Counted from the stretch's first letter, positions 1-9,864 are shown. The stretch: 64,000 nt of DNA from an uncultured Gammaproteobacteria bacterium (GCA_964552565.1 CAZKGL010000001.1:754406-818405); one strand, 5' to 3'. Notes: a model not told the origin generated them from the sequence alone. Numbers and translations: made by a program.

Positions 1-3000
1 GATGGTCATCGTTGATGCTCCTGCACTGAGAGCGCCACCGTTGATGGCGAGATCGGCTCCGGCTGACGTGGTGACGGCATAGCCGCCGGTCGCGAACGAA
101 CCAGAGGTGATCGTGAGGTCACCCGTCGAGTCCATAACAAGGGCGGATCCCAGCGTCACCGTTTCATCAGTTTTTTCAACAGTAATGTTCCCGTTCCACT
201 TGTCGGTTGCGCCGGTGAGATTGAATGTCTGGCCGTTGCCGCCGCTAAATTTGAGCGTCGCATCTCCGCCGTCAGCGTTTGCGCCAACCGTGACGCCGGC
301 TTGGGCTTCGAGCGTTCCGGTGCCGACCGCACCATCGGTGAGCGTCAAGGTACCGGTCGTAATGAGTGCGTCGCCGCTTGCGACGGTAAGCGTTTGGCCG
401 TCCGTCTTGTTGATCGTCAGCGCGCTGAACGTTTCCGTGGACGCGACGTCGACGGTTACCGAGTTCCCGGTGAATGCGACCGTGCCGGAGTTATGCGTAA
501 AGGCGCCGCCCGCGGTATGCGTCCAGGCGCCGGAAACCGTGGTCGTCCCGCTCGACGCGGTCAACGTGCCGCCCGAGATGGTCAACCCGCCGGAGAACGT
601 CGGCGTCGACGTGTTGCCGTTGTACGCGCCACTCGAGAGCAGGAAGGCGCCCGAGACGACGCCGGTCGAGGTGTCGCCGTTGTAGGTACCGCCAGCCACG
701 GTCAGGGCACCCGCAACAGTCATCGTCGACGCGCCCGTATTGAATGTGCCGCCGTTCACGGCGATATCAGAACCGGCCGATGTCGTGACGGCAAAATCGC
801 CGGTCGAGAACGTACCGAGCGTCAGGGTGAAGTCGGCGTTGACGTGGTCGAGCGTGTAGGCGCTGGCGAGCGTCAGGGATCCGCCGGACTTGTTCACGAC
901 GAGGGGATTATCGAGCGCAGCAGTCGCCCCGGTGAGGTCGAGCGTCTGCGTCCCGCTCCCCTGGACGTCGAGCGTTCCCGTGCCGCCCGCGTCCCACGTC
1001 GATGCGACCACGACGTTACCAAGCGCGCGGACGCTGCCAGTCGCCCAGGTGCCGTTCGTGAGCGTCAGCGCTCCGTTCGCAATCAGCGTGTCGCCGCTTG
1101 CGACGGTGAGCGTGTTCGCGTCGGTCAGGTTGATGTTCAGGGCGTTGAAGTCCTCGGTCGACGCGACGTCGATCGTTGCCGACGTTCCCGTATACGCCAC
1201 CGTACCGCTGTTGTGCGCCCAGGTGCCGCCAGCCGTATGCGTCCACGGGCCGACCACCGTGAGGGTGTTCGACGTGGATGTGAACGTGCCCGAGCTTATG
1301 GTGACGCCGAGGGAACCGGTCAGCGTCATTGCGCCGGAGCCACCAGTGAGCGTACCGCCATCGACGTTGATCGAGCCGACGTCGAGCGTGTAGGTCCCTT
1401 GCGAAAACGATGAACTCGAAACGCGAAGCGTGCCGTCGCAATCGAGGTTAGCGCCGATCGAGAACGTGTCTTTCGTCGCCGAGGTATCGTTAATGCGGAG
1501 GTTGTAGTAGTCGACGCCGACGCCGAAATCCTTGATGGTGCGCGGATCCGCGCTCCCGTCGTTATTCCCGACGTATACCCACGACCCGGAGTTCGTGTCT
1601 TGCGTGAGGCTGATCGTTTCAAGGCCCTGGAGCCGGATGGCATCGTCGTTCGTAAAGGTCCCGGTCACCGTCAAGTTCTTGCCACCGAGGTTGAGCGTGC
1701 CGGACGTAATCGTGAGGTTGCCGCCGAGAATCTCGTTTGCCGCGAGCGTGAAGAGCACGTTTGTCGTCCCCGCGATCGTGAGATGGTGGTACGTGTAGTC
1801 CTTTATCGTAATGTTCGATCCGCCGTCATACGTCACGGTCGATCCGCTGTCGAGCTGGGGGTAACTCGCGCTGTCGGCGGTAATCGTTTCGCCGCCCTGG
1901 AGCTGCAGGTTGCCCCCGGTTTCTACGATGATTCTTTCCGTTCCCGCACCGGTGACCGACAGGCTGGAACCGTTGAGGTCAAACGTACCTTCCTGGATGG
2001 TGAGGTCTTGATTGGCCGCGTCCATGGTGAGCGTGCCGCTGAGGTTCACCTGGCCGCCGCTCTTGTTGACGGTGATGTCGGCGTTGAATACCGCTGCACC
2101 GGTCATGGTGAGCGTCTGGGTCGCGCTGCCGGAAAAGAGAAGCGGAGCGGTATTGGCGGCATACCCGGTGCCGATCGTCACGTCCCCTCGAGCCTCAAGC
2201 GTCCCGGTCTGGAAACGGCCGTCGTACAGCTCGAGCAGCCCGACTACGATGAGCGTGTCGCCGCTCGTGATTGTTACCTGGTTCAATCCCTTATTGATCT
2301 TCAGGTTGTTGAACGTGATCGACGTACTGACGTCGTACGTTTCGTCGCTTCCCGTATCGAGAACGACGGAACCGCCATTGTGCGCGAAGGTGCCGCCGGA
2401 TTCAGTGAGCGTATCGGCAAAGTACGTTGTTCCTGACGTCGCGGTGTACGTACCGCTGGAAAGCGTGAATACGCCGTTATGGTCGACGGTCGTGCTTGAT
2501 CCGCCGTTAAACGTCCCGCCGCCTTGCGAAAATGCAAGCGTGCTCAGGTTGAAATTTCCCGTTGAGAACGCGCCATTTGTCAGGGTAAAGGTCTGGCTGC
2601 CGCTATCGAGCGTAAGCGCTGACCCGAGGGTGAGGCTGCCGCCGGATTTATCGACGACAATATTGCCGTCGAAGTTGTTGACGCTCGCGTGTTGCATGGT
2701 AAGCGTCTGCGTCGCGGTACCGGAAAACTTGAGTACTGCCGTGCCCGAGTCATATCCGCTCGCCACCGTTGTTGTCGCTCCTTGCATGTCGATCGTCCCG
2801 GTCTGGAAACGGCCGTTCGTCAGGTTGAGCGTGTTCGTAATAGCGATGGTGTCGCCTGACGTGATGGTTTGTTGATTATTCCCTTTGTCAATGGTGAGAT
2901 CGTAAAAGGTCTCGCTCGTGTCGACATTGATGGTTTGATCAGCGGCGGTATCAAACGTGAAGGAACCGCTGTTGTCGTTAAACGCCGCGCCGGCGGAAAC

Positions 3001-4098
3001 GGTAAGGTCGCCGCCAACGATCGTCGAACCGGTGGACGCGTTCCAGGTACCCGCGCTGACCGTGAGGTCATCGTCGATATCCACGGATACCGCGCCGCTC
3101 GTAAATGTGCCGTTCGTATGGGTGAAGTCGTTGCAGCGTAGCGCGAAGCCGTTGAGGTTAAACGTTCCTTGCGTCAGGGTCACGTTCGCCCCAGTCCCTC
3201 CGCCGTCGAGGGTCAGCGCCGATCCGAGCGTAAAGTTCCCCGACGCCTTGTCGATCGTCAGGCCGCCGTTGGGATCCCATGAAGACGTGTTGATGAGCGT
3301 CAGCGACTGGTCGGCCGTTCCGGAAAACTTGAAATTCGCCGAGCCCGAGTCCCACGTGCTTGGGATCGAAATCGCCCCTTTGAGGTCGTACACCGAGGTG
3401 CTTGTGCTCGACATGAGACGGCCGTCCGTCAACGTGAGCGTTCCGTTAATTGTCGCCGTATCCCCGGTGGAAAGGATGACCTGCCAGTTCGTCGTCTTTT
3501 CCTCGATAAAATGATAGAACGACTCGGTGGTGTTCACGTCGATCGTCGTGTCTGGGGTGCCGCCGAAGAACCGCACCGTGCCGTTATTATGCGTAAAGGT
3601 CCCGCCTGCCGTATGGGTCCAGTTGCCTTGCACGGAAAGGTTCGCCCCGGTCGGCGCGGTAAACGCTCCACCGGACAGGACGAACGCGCCGTTGATCGTG
3701 ATCGGCGCATCGCTTCCCGTGAACGTGCCTGCCGCCTGGTCGAAGTTCGACGTTCCGACCGTAATCGACACGCCGGTATTCTGCGTGATGATGCCCGTGT
3801 ATCCGACGTTGATATCGATGCCTGCCGGAGCGGTCCCGCCAGTGAGCGTGGTGGCGATCGTGACGTTGTTCGTGTTGGTCGCGTCGAAGGTTGCGATATC
3901 GATCGAGGTCGGACATGTATTGCCCGACCAGTTCGCGCAGGTGCCCCAGTTCGTGTCCGCGCCACCGCCGCCGTCCCAGGTCACCACCGCGGCATCCGCG
4001 GGATGCGCGTAAAAAAATACCGCCGCGAGGGCGAGGGCAATACCAAATACCGTACGGCAAAGAAACGTCTTTACCACGTGCAGAGAGAGAAACGACAT
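1..4098 (-). CDS. Giant secreted repeat protein (N-terminal about 1366 aa; C-terminus lies beyond the window start). Signal peptide MSFLSLHVVKTFLCRTVFGIALALAAVFFYAHPADA, then many degenerate roughly 90-aa beta-helix-like repeats.
   Basis: The reverse complement from the ATG at 4098 reads open to the window edge by manual translation. Repeat motifs recur: ...WTHTAGGTFTHNNGTV..., TIDV..TE.F..L.I.K....TLTVASGDTL...GTLTLTNG. The + strand ORFs 107..4012 are low-complexity antisense shadows. The ORF track apparently omits ORFs that hit the window edge. Confidence 0.55.
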   Translation of the reverse strand, partial: MSFLSLHVVKTFLCRTVFGIALALAAVFFYAHPADAAVVTWDGGGGADTNWGTCANWSGNTCPTSIDIATFDATNTNNVTIATTLTGGTAPAGIDINVGYTGIITQNTGVSITVGTSNFDQAAGTFTGSDAPITINGAFVLSGGAFTAPTGANLSVQGNWTHTAGGTFTHNNGTVRFFGGTPDTTIDVNTTESFYHFIEEKTTNWQVILSTGDTATINGTLTLTDGRLMSSTSTSVYDLKGAISIPSTWDSGSANFKFSGTADQSLTLINTSSWDPNGGLTIDKASGNFTLGSALTLDGGGTGANVTLTQGTFNLNGFALRCNDFTHTNGTFTSGAVSVDIDDDLTVSAGTWNASTGSTIVGGDLTVSAGAAFNDNSGSFTFDTAADQTINVDTSETFYDLTIDKGNNQQTITSGDTIAITNTLNLTNGRFQTGTIDMQGATTTVASGYDSGTAVLKFSGTATQTLTMQHASVNNFDGNIVVDKSGGSLTLGSALTLDSGSQTFTLTNGAFSTGNFNLSTLAFSQGGGTFNGGSSTTVDHNGVFTLSSGTYTATSGTTYFADTLTESGGTFAHNGGSVVLDTGSDETYDVSTSITFNNLKINKGLNQVTITSGDTLIVVGLLELYDGRFQTGTLEARGDVTIGTGYAANTAPLLFSGSATQTLTMTGAAVFNADITVNKSGGQVNLSGTLTMDAANQDLTIQEGTFDLNGSSLSVTGAGTERIIVETGGNLQLQGGETITADSASYPQLDSGSTVTYDGGSNITIKDYTYHHLTIAGTTNVLFTLAANEILGGNLTITSGTLNLGGKNLTVTGTFTNDDAIRLQGLETISLTQDTNSGSWVYVGNNDGSADPRTIKDFGVGVDYYNLRINDTSATKDTFSIGANLDCDGTLRVSSSSFSQGTYTLDVGSINVDGGTLTGGSGAMTLTGSLGVTISSGTFTSTSNTLTVVGPWTHTAGGTWAHNSGTVAYTGTSATIDVASTEDFNALNINLTDANTLTVASGDTLIANGALTLTNGTWATGSVRALGNVVVASTWDAGGTGTLDVQGSGTQTLDLTGATAALDNPLVVNKSGGSLTLASAYTLDHVNADFTLTLGTFSTGDFAVTTSAGSDIAVNGGTFNTGASTMTVAGALTVAGGTYNGDTSTGVVSGAFLLSSGAYNGNTSTPTFSGGLTISGGTLTASSGTTTVSGAWTHTAGGAFTHNSGTVAFTGNSVTVDVASTETFSALTINKTDGQTLTVASGDALITTGTLTLTDGAVGTGTLEAQAGVTVGANADGGDATLKFSGGNGQTFNLTGATDKWNGNITVEKTDETVTLGSALVMDSTGDLTITSGSFATGGYAVTTSAGADLAINGGALSAGASTMTI

Positions 4099-4244
4099 AG
4101 GTTCAATAAAGTATACCCTATCCCGTCCCATGGGTCACCGACTTTTCCACATAGAAACAAAGCGAACACAGCCGTTTTCCGTGCACACGCAACCCGCGTC
4201 CGAACTAGCCGAAACCGCAAGAATGCGCTAGCATAGGACTACCT

Positions 4245-5012
4245 ATGACTGACAACCACGCCCACGAGGAACGCCGCAGGAAAGCCATCGCCCGCCGCAT
4301 TGTGAAGTACGTCGCCGTCGTCGGCGTCCTGGCGCTTGCGGTCGCCGGCCTTGCCGCGCTCTCGAACGCCACGAAGCTCACCGTCCCCGTCCCGCTCGCG
4401 ACCGAAGTGTCCGAGGGCGACTGGATGAAAGGAAACCCGGAGGCTGAGGTCGTCATTGTCGAATACAGCGACTTCCAGTGCCCCGCATGCGCCGCGTACG
4501 ACCCGGTCATGGCGCAGCTGGTCGCGGAGTACGGCGACCGCATCTTGTTCGTGTACCGCCACTTCCCGCTGAAAGCGATCCATCGCAACGCCACGGCCGC
4601 CGCCGCGTCTGCGGAAGCCGCGGGTATCCAAGGCAAGTTCTGGGAGATGCACAACATCCTGTTCGCAAACCAGGACATGTGGGCCAACCTTCCGGACCCG
4701 AGCACCGCGTTCGAGCAGTACGCCACGGCGCTTGGGCTGAACATGGACCAGTATCGCGCGGACTACACCTCGAAGGCGGCAAAAGACCAGGTTGAAGCCG
4801 ACTACCAGAGCGGCCTTGATGCAAACTTGAGCAGCACGCCGTCATTCTTTGTGAACGACATGCGCTTGTCGGACAACCCGAACGGCTACGAACCGTTCGC
4901 CGCGCTCATCGAAGCCGAACTCGCGAAAACGAGCCAAGCGCCAGCCGACACAGAAGAACCTGCGGAAGAGGCGGATACCGAAACGGTCGAGGAAGAGTCC
5001 GTCGCTGAGTAA
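4245..5012 (+). CDS. DsbA-family thiol:disulfide oxidoreductase, membrane-anchored (thioredoxin fold, CPAC active site).
   Basis: N-terminal TM segment, then EYSDFQCPACAAYDP and FVYRHFPL motifs typical of DsbA/BdbD-like proteins. Confidence 0.8.
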   Translation: MTDNHAHEERRRKAIARRIVKYVAVVGVLALAVAGLAALSNATKLTVPVPLATEVSEGDWMKGNPEAEVVIVEYSDFQCPACAAYDPVMAQLVAEYGDRILFVYRHFPLKAIHRNATAAAASAEAAGIQGKFWEMHNILFANQDMWANLPDPSTAFEQYATALGLNMDQYRADYTSKAAKDQVEADYQSGLDANLSSTPSFFVNDMRLSDNPNGYEPFAALIEAELAKTSQAPADTEEPAEEADTETVEEESVAE

Positions 5013-5014
5013 CT

Positions 5015-5530
5015 ATGGCGAGCCTGCTCCCCAACCATCGCTGGCTCCCGTACGCCTTCCTGCTCGTGAGCTTCCTCGGGTTCCTCGATGCGAGCTACCT
5101 CACGCAAAAGCACTATTCGCAAACGGTGATCCCCTGCTCCATCACGCATGGCTGCGAAACGGTGACGAACAGCGTCTATTCGCAAGTTGCCGGAATCCCG
5201 GTCGCGTTGCTTGGCGCCCTGTTCTACCTTGCGGTGTTCCTCGGTACGTTCGCGGCGATGGAAAGCGGCAACCGCCGGCTGTTCGGCTGGGTTGCGAAGT
5301 TCACGCTCGCCGGCCTCCTCGCCTCCGCATGGTTCGTGTTTGCGCAACTCGTGCTCATCAAGGCGATCTGCCAGTGGTGCATGGCCTCCGTGCTCACGTC
5401 GACGACATTGTTCATCCTCGGGTACGCGGTCACTCCAAAGGCGCTGACTTCTCCCCCAACACCCGACCATCAACAAAAAAACCATCCCGACGTAAGGAGG
5501 GACCCAGAACGCCCATCAGCGTTTTTCTAG
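5015..5530 (+). CDS. VKOR (vitamin K epoxide reductase) family membrane protein, DsbB-like partner of DsbA.
   Basis: Multi-TM protein with conserved Cys pairs (CSITHGC ... CQWC). It sits immediately downstream of the DsbA gene with a 2-nt gap. The last roughly 17 codons are encoded by the R1 palindromic repeat, so the C-terminal tail is probably an artifact of that repeat. Confidence 0.75.
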   Translation: MASLLPNHRWLPYAFLLVSFLGFLDASYLTQKHYSQTVIPCSITHGCETVTNSVYSQVAGIPVALLGALFYLAVFLGTFAAMESGNRRLFGWVAKFTLAGLLASAWFVFAQLVLIKAICQWCMASVLTSTTLFILGYAVTPKALTSPPTPDHQQKNHPDVRRDPERPSAFF

Positions 5531-5557
5531 GTCCCTCGGCATCCGCCTCGGGATGGG
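5481..5557. repeat. R1 REP-like palindromic element, copy 1 (roughly 77 bp imperfect hairpin: ccatcccgacg..aggagggaccc..ctaggtccctcgg..cgcctcgggatgg).
   Basis: Near-identical copy at 23368..23447. Two nested inverted repeats. Both copies abut the 3' end of a + strand gene. Confidence 0.7.
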
Positions 5558-5594
5558 TTTTCTTTTTTCGAGCAACGTGATGTACCAAATCTCG

Positions 5595-6335
5595 TTATGC
5601 ATACTTCCGATCCTTCCCGGTGACGATGCGGATCTGTTTCGGGAGGACGCGAATCTCGAACTCGTTTCCTTGGACCTCTTCGCCATCGATGGAAAGCGTC
5701 ATGGGTTCGCGCGACGAAAGAAGGAGGTGCGCGAACGGGACGAAGGTCTCCGCGTCGCCGCGTTTGACGATCCAGCTGCGCCGCGGCGTGTGCATGATGA
5801 ACTCCAGCTTGCCGTCGGTCGGGTCCGCAGCACCGTGCGCCTCTGACTGCGCAAGGTTGCGGACTTCAAATTTGCTCTTCCTGACCGGCGTAAACGTGTA
5901 CGCTCCCTCGCAGCGGCACGTCGGCTGGACGTCTTCCGCAGTGACCGCATGCAAGAACCGCATGCCGTTCACGCTGCCGGTATCCAGCTCCTCGACCAAG
6001 CGGGCGGAAAGGACGTCGCACGCGGCGACGCCGGTCGGGACGCCGAGGATTTCGGCGATGCGGTTGCCGGGCCCAAGCGGAAGAATGGCGATGACGATTT
6101 TCGGGTCCGTCACCGCGTCGATCACTTTGCGTAACGTCAGATCGTTGCCCACCGCGACCACCGTCGTCGCGCCCCGGCGGATTTCGTCCCGGATGAGTTC
6201 TTGCGCATCGCGAAAGAGCGCGAGGCGTGCGATTTTGCCCGCGATGCCAAGGTCGGTAAGCCGCGTTTCGATGAGCGCGAGTTCGCGCTCGTACCGCGGC
6301 CCCTGCACGAATTCATCGTAGACGTAGAGGTACAC
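5595..6335 (-). CDS. Diacylglycerol-kinase catalytic-domain (DAGK_cat/YegS-like) lipid kinase family protein.
   Basis: VVAVGNDLTL and LPLGPGNRIAEILGVP segments match the GGDGT / LGxIPxGTxNDFAR core of the DAGK_cat family (degenerate). Confidence 0.5.
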   Translation of the reverse strand: MYLYVYDEFVQGPRYERELALIETRLTDLGIAGKIARLALFRDAQELIRDEIRRGATTVVAVGNDLTLRKVIDAVTDPKIVIAILPLGPGNRIAEILGVPTGVAACDVLSARLVEELDTGSVNGMRFLHAVTAEDVQPTCRCEGAYTFTPVRKSKFEVRNLAQSEAHGAADPTDGKLEFIMHTPRRSWIVKRGDAETFVPFAHLLLSSREPMTLSIDGEEVQGNEFEIRVLPKQIRIVTGKDRKYA

Positions 6336-6339
6336 AGGA

Positions 6340-6735
6340 CTACGAGCCGTCCTCTTCCTTTCCCTTCTTCGCTTTTTCGGCGGCGGTGCCGTCCATCGTC
6401 ACTTTCCCGTTCACCTGCGCGCCGGCCGATACGGAAAGCACTTCCGCCGACACGTCGCCGATGATTTTCGAGGATGCCATGAGTTCGAGGCGTCCCGCGA
6501 CGTGCAGGTTGCCGCGCAGCTCGCCGGCGATAACCGCGTTTGCCGCAGTGACGTCGGCCGTGATCTTCGCCTCTTCGCCGACGCGCAAATCGCCGCCGGC
6601 ATGGATCTTGCCTTCAACGTCCCCCTCGATGACGATGTTCCCCTGGCTCACGAACTCCCCCTCCACCCGGACGCCGTGTGCGATGATTGTTTCTTCTCCG
6701 CTGTGTTTTGCCATAGATTGCATGCCAAATGCCAT
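6340..6735 (-). CDS. Bactofilin-family cytoskeletal protein (beta-helical polymer-forming).
   Basis: Repetitive G/V-rich beta-strand pattern (VIEGDVEGKIHAGGDLRVGEEAKITADVTAANAVIAGELRGNLHVAGRLEL) typical of bactofilin/CcmA. Confidence 0.75.
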   Translation of the reverse strand: MAFGMQSMAKHSGEETIIAHGVRVEGEFVSQGNIVIEGDVEGKIHAGGDLRVGEEAKITADVTAANAVIAGELRGNLHVAGRLELMASSKIIGDVSAEVLSVSAGAQVNGKVTMDGTAAEKAKKGKEEDGS

Positions 6736-6795
6736 AACGGGGCTATCTTACTACATCCGAGCCCAAAAATAGGCGGTTTTCCACAGTACGGAGCG

Positions 6796-6882
6796 GCCGG
6801 GTGACGCCGAGCAGGTCCCCTGTTTGGGCGCGCAGACGCAAGTCGAGCACCCAACAGGGTGCGAAGGCGGCAGGACCCGGCC
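6796..6882. repeat. R2 palindromic element, copy 1 (roughly 87 bp: ggccgggtgacgccgagcaggtcccctgtttggg...cccaacagggtgcgaaggcggcaggacccggcc).
   Basis: Second copy at 62876..62970 with one indel block. The ends and internal segments are inverted repeats. Both copies are intergenic. Confidence 0.7.
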
Positions 6883-6944
6883 TATGCATAAGGTGCCGAT
6901 GGGTGTTCTAGGCCCCTCCTGGCGTCGGGGTGGTTGCAGGGCAG

Positions 6945-8669
6945 CTACATCTCCTTAACGGTCTGGATGCCAAGCAGCTCGCACGCATTCGTAAGCGTCT
7001 GGCGGACGACGGCGATAAGCGCCAAGCGGGCGCCGCGGCGGTCGTGGTTCTCGTCCTCGAGGATGCGGACCTCGTGGTAATACTCCGCAAACTTCTTCGC
7101 GAGCGCGAACGCCTCTTGGGCAACGGCGGAGACCTGGAACGTCGCTGCGGCCTTCGCGACGACGGACGGGTAATCGGCGACGATGCGGAGCATCGCCTTC
7201 TCGTGCTCGTGCGTCAGGTGTTCGCCAAGGAGGATGGGCGGCATGTCCGCCTTCGCCTCGATGCTATTGATGCGCGCAATCGTGTAGAGAAGGTACGGGC
7301 CGGTAAAGCCGTCGATCGACATCGCTTCGTCCATGTCAAACACAATCTGCTTGCCCGGGTCCTGGCGGAGCATCGTAAACACCATTGCGGCCTGCGCGAG
7401 CGCCGCCGCGTTTTTCTCTACCTTCTTTTTGCGCCAATCCGCATGACGCTTCGCCGTCTCTTCCACAAGTTTTTCCCGCATCGCGTCGCGGAGGTCCTCG
7501 TAGCGGACAATATTGCCCTTGCGCGACGACATGGCGCCTTCCGGCAGCGTCACCATTTCGTAGCCGACATGTACGAGCTCCGGCGTGAAGCCCATGCGCT
7601 GCAAAGCCGCGAACAGCTGCTTCATGTACAGCGACTGGCGGACGTCGATGACAAAAATCTGCCGGTCGGCGTGGAACTCCTCATCTTTTCGGAACGCGAG
7701 CGCCAAGTCCTTCGTCGCGTACAGCGACGACCCGTCCGACTTCAGCACGAGGAAGACGCCGAGTTTCTCCTCTTCAAGATCCACGATCGTCGCCCCCTCG
7801 CTCTTGCGCGCAATGCCGTCAGTGAGCATTTTTTTCACGAGCTCCTTGCCGGGCTTTTCTACCTGGCTCTCGTAGTACCAAACGTCTGGTTTTACGCCGA
7901 GCTCACCGAAGACGTCGCGGAATGCAGCGAGGCTCCACTCCCGCGTCTCGCGCCACAGCGAATACCACGGCTCTTCGTCGGCCTCAAGCTTGCGCTGCAC
8001 CTCCGCAATCTCCTCCTTCGCCTCCGGATGCTCGTCCACGTAGCGCGTCGCCTCGGTGTAGACCTCGCCGAGCACGCGGGCGCGGTCCTCTTTGGGTATC
8101 TCGTCCGCTTTCACGAACTTTTCGAGGCCCCACACCGCCTTCGCAACGTGCGCGCCGATATCGCCGATATATGACGCGGCGACGGTTTCGTAGCCGTTCG
8201 CCTTCAGTACGTTGACGATGGCCTGGCCGAGGACCGCGTTGCGGATATGGCCGACGTGGAATTCCTTGTGCGTGTTCGGCTGGGCGTATTCGACAAGCAC
8301 CTTCTTGCCCTTGCCCGCGGAGCCATGGCCGTAGCGCTTGCGCTTCGTGGCAACGTCGCGCAGCACCGACGAGGCGAACGCGGCATCGTCAAAAACGAAG
8401 TTCACGTACGGCCCCGCGGCGGTGATTTTTTTGATAAGCGGCGACGGGGCAAGCTGGGCGGCGAGCTCGCTCGCAATCTCGGCCGGGTTCCTCCCCTGCC
8501 CCTTTGCGAGCTGGAAACAGGCGAACGACAAGTCGCCGAGCGCGAGGTTCGGCGGGGTGACGAGCATGTCCGGCGACACGGGGAATTTCTTCCCCAGCGC
8601 CTTCTTCAAACTCGCGAGCGCTTCTTTCCGTGCCTGTTCTTTTGTGTACATATCAAACCAAACGGACAA
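6945..8669 (-). CDS. argS: Arginyl-tRNA synthetase.
   Basis: 574 aa. Class I aaRS with an ArgRS anticodon-binding C-terminal domain. Last gene of the valS-tyrS-argS operon. Confidence 0.9.
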   Translation of the reverse strand: MSVWFDMYTKEQARKEALASLKKALGKKFPVSPDMLVTPPNLALGDLSFACFQLAKGQGRNPAEIASELAAQLAPSPLIKKITAAGPYVNFVFDDAAFASSVLRDVATKRKRYGHGSAGKGKKVLVEYAQPNTHKEFHVGHIRNAVLGQAIVNVLKANGYETVAASYIGDIGAHVAKAVWGLEKFVKADEIPKEDRARVLGEVYTEATRYVDEHPEAKEEIAEVQRKLEADEEPWYSLWRETREWSLAAFRDVFGELGVKPDVWYYESQVEKPGKELVKKMLTDGIARKSEGATIVDLEEEKLGVFLVLKSDGSSLYATKDLALAFRKDEEFHADRQIFVIDVRQSLYMKQLFAALQRMGFTPELVHVGYEMVTLPEGAMSSRKGNIVRYEDLRDAMREKLVEETAKRHADWRKKKVEKNAAALAQAAMVFTMLRQDPGKQIVFDMDEAMSIDGFTGPYLLYTIARINSIEAKADMPPILLGEHLTHEHEKAMLRIVADYPSVVAKAAATFQVSAVAQEAFALAKKFAEYYHEVRILEDENHDRRGARLALIAVVRQTLTNACELLGIQTVKEM

Positions 8670-9852
8670 ACTGACGCTTGCCGCGGCGGAGCACGCCGTG
8701 CATCCCAGGCTGCATCATCTGGAACGCGTCGGACAACTTCGTGTCATCAAGCGTAATGCCGCCTTGTTCCACAAGCCGGCGCGCCTCGCCCTTGCTCTCC
8801 GCAAGCTTCGATGCGACCAGCACGTCAGCGAGCGCCATCGGGCCTTCGACGCGGAAGTCCGGCATCGCATCCGGTGTCTCTTTCTTTTGGAAGACGCTGA
8901 CAAAATGCTTTTCGGCACGCGACGCGGCGCGCGGGCCGTGGAACATCGCGGTGACGGTCTTCGCGAGCTTCATCTTGATGTCGCGCGGGTTTGCGCCGCC
9001 GGCAAGCTGTTCACGGATCGTCGCAACTTCCTCTGCCGGCATGTCGGTCACGAGCTCGAAGTACGGGACGATCATCCCATCCGCCATAGCCATGATCTTG
9101 CCGTACATCTCTTCCGGTGCGTCGTTGATGGCGATAAACCCGCCCTCCGACTTGCTCATCTTCTTCCCCTCGTCGTTCGTGAGCAGCTTGAGTGAGAGCA
9201 CGAACTTTTCTTTCTGTTTCATCGCTTTCATGAGCGTCCGGCCTGCGAGCATGTTAAACAGTTGGTCGTTCCCCCCGATCTCGAGGTCCACGTCCATAGC
9301 GACCGAATCGTACCCCTGCATGAGCGGGTACATGAATTCGGTGATCGAAATCTCTTTCTGTTCGTCCCACCGCTTCGCGAACATGTCGCGCTTCATCATC
9401 TGCTGCACGGTGAAATGGCTTGTCAGTTCCAACACGTCACGAAACGACATCTTCGCAAGCCACTTGTGGTTGTACATGAGCTTTACCGGATTCTCGCCAC
9501 GAAAACGCAGGAACTTCGACGCTTGTTTCTTAAACGTCTTCGCATTTTCCATGACTTGTTCCTGCGTCAGCGGTACCCGCGCGGCCATTTTATCGGTCGG
9601 GTCCCCGATCATGGCAGTGAACGAACCAATCAACAAGATAACCTCGTGCCCGAGATCCTGGAATTCACGGAGCTTTTTGAGCTGCAGCGCATGGCCGAGG
9701 TGGAGATGCGGCGCCGTCGGATCGATACCGACGTACAGACGCAACCGCTTGCCGTTCGCCAAGACGTCGGCGAGCGCTTCTTTCGTAGGGAGCACGGTCT
9801 CGACCCCGCGGGTCAGGACGCGTTCGATAGCGTTTCGATCGGTGACGGGCAT
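8653..9852 (-). CDS. tyrS: Tyrosyl-tRNA synthetase.
   Basis: HIGH-type motif (PTAPHLHLGHA) and KMSKS motif, plus a C-terminal S4-like domain. Overlaps argS by 17 nt. Confidence 0.9.
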   Translation of the reverse strand: MPVTDRNAIERVLTRGVETVLPTKEALADVLANGKRLRLYVGIDPTAPHLHLGHALQLKKLREFQDLGHEVILLIGSFTAMIGDPTDKMAARVPLTQEQVMENAKTFKKQASKFLRFRGENPVKLMYNHKWLAKMSFRDVLELTSHFTVQQMMKRDMFAKRWDEQKEISITEFMYPLMQGYDSVAMDVDLEIGGNDQLFNMLAGRTLMKAMKQKEKFVLSLKLLTNDEGKKMSKSEGGFIAINDAPEEMYGKIMAMADGMIVPYFELVTDMPAEEVATIREQLAGGANPRDIKMKLAKTVTAMFHGPRAASRAEKHFVSVFQKKETPDAMPDFRVEGPMALADVLVASKLAESKGEARRLVEQGGITLDDTKLSDAFQMMQPGMHGVLRRGKRQFVRLV

Positions 9853-9864
9853 AAGTTTCCTCCG

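Noticed and set aside
107-4012. Five long + strand ORFs (107-685, 890-1393, 2012-2875, 2957-3514, 3527-4012) with Pro/Val/Ser-rich translations.
   Set aside because: They are the antisense of the giant - strand repeat-protein gene. They have low-complexity translations, no start-context or family motifs, and tile head-to-tail only because the repeat protein's reverse complement lacks stops.
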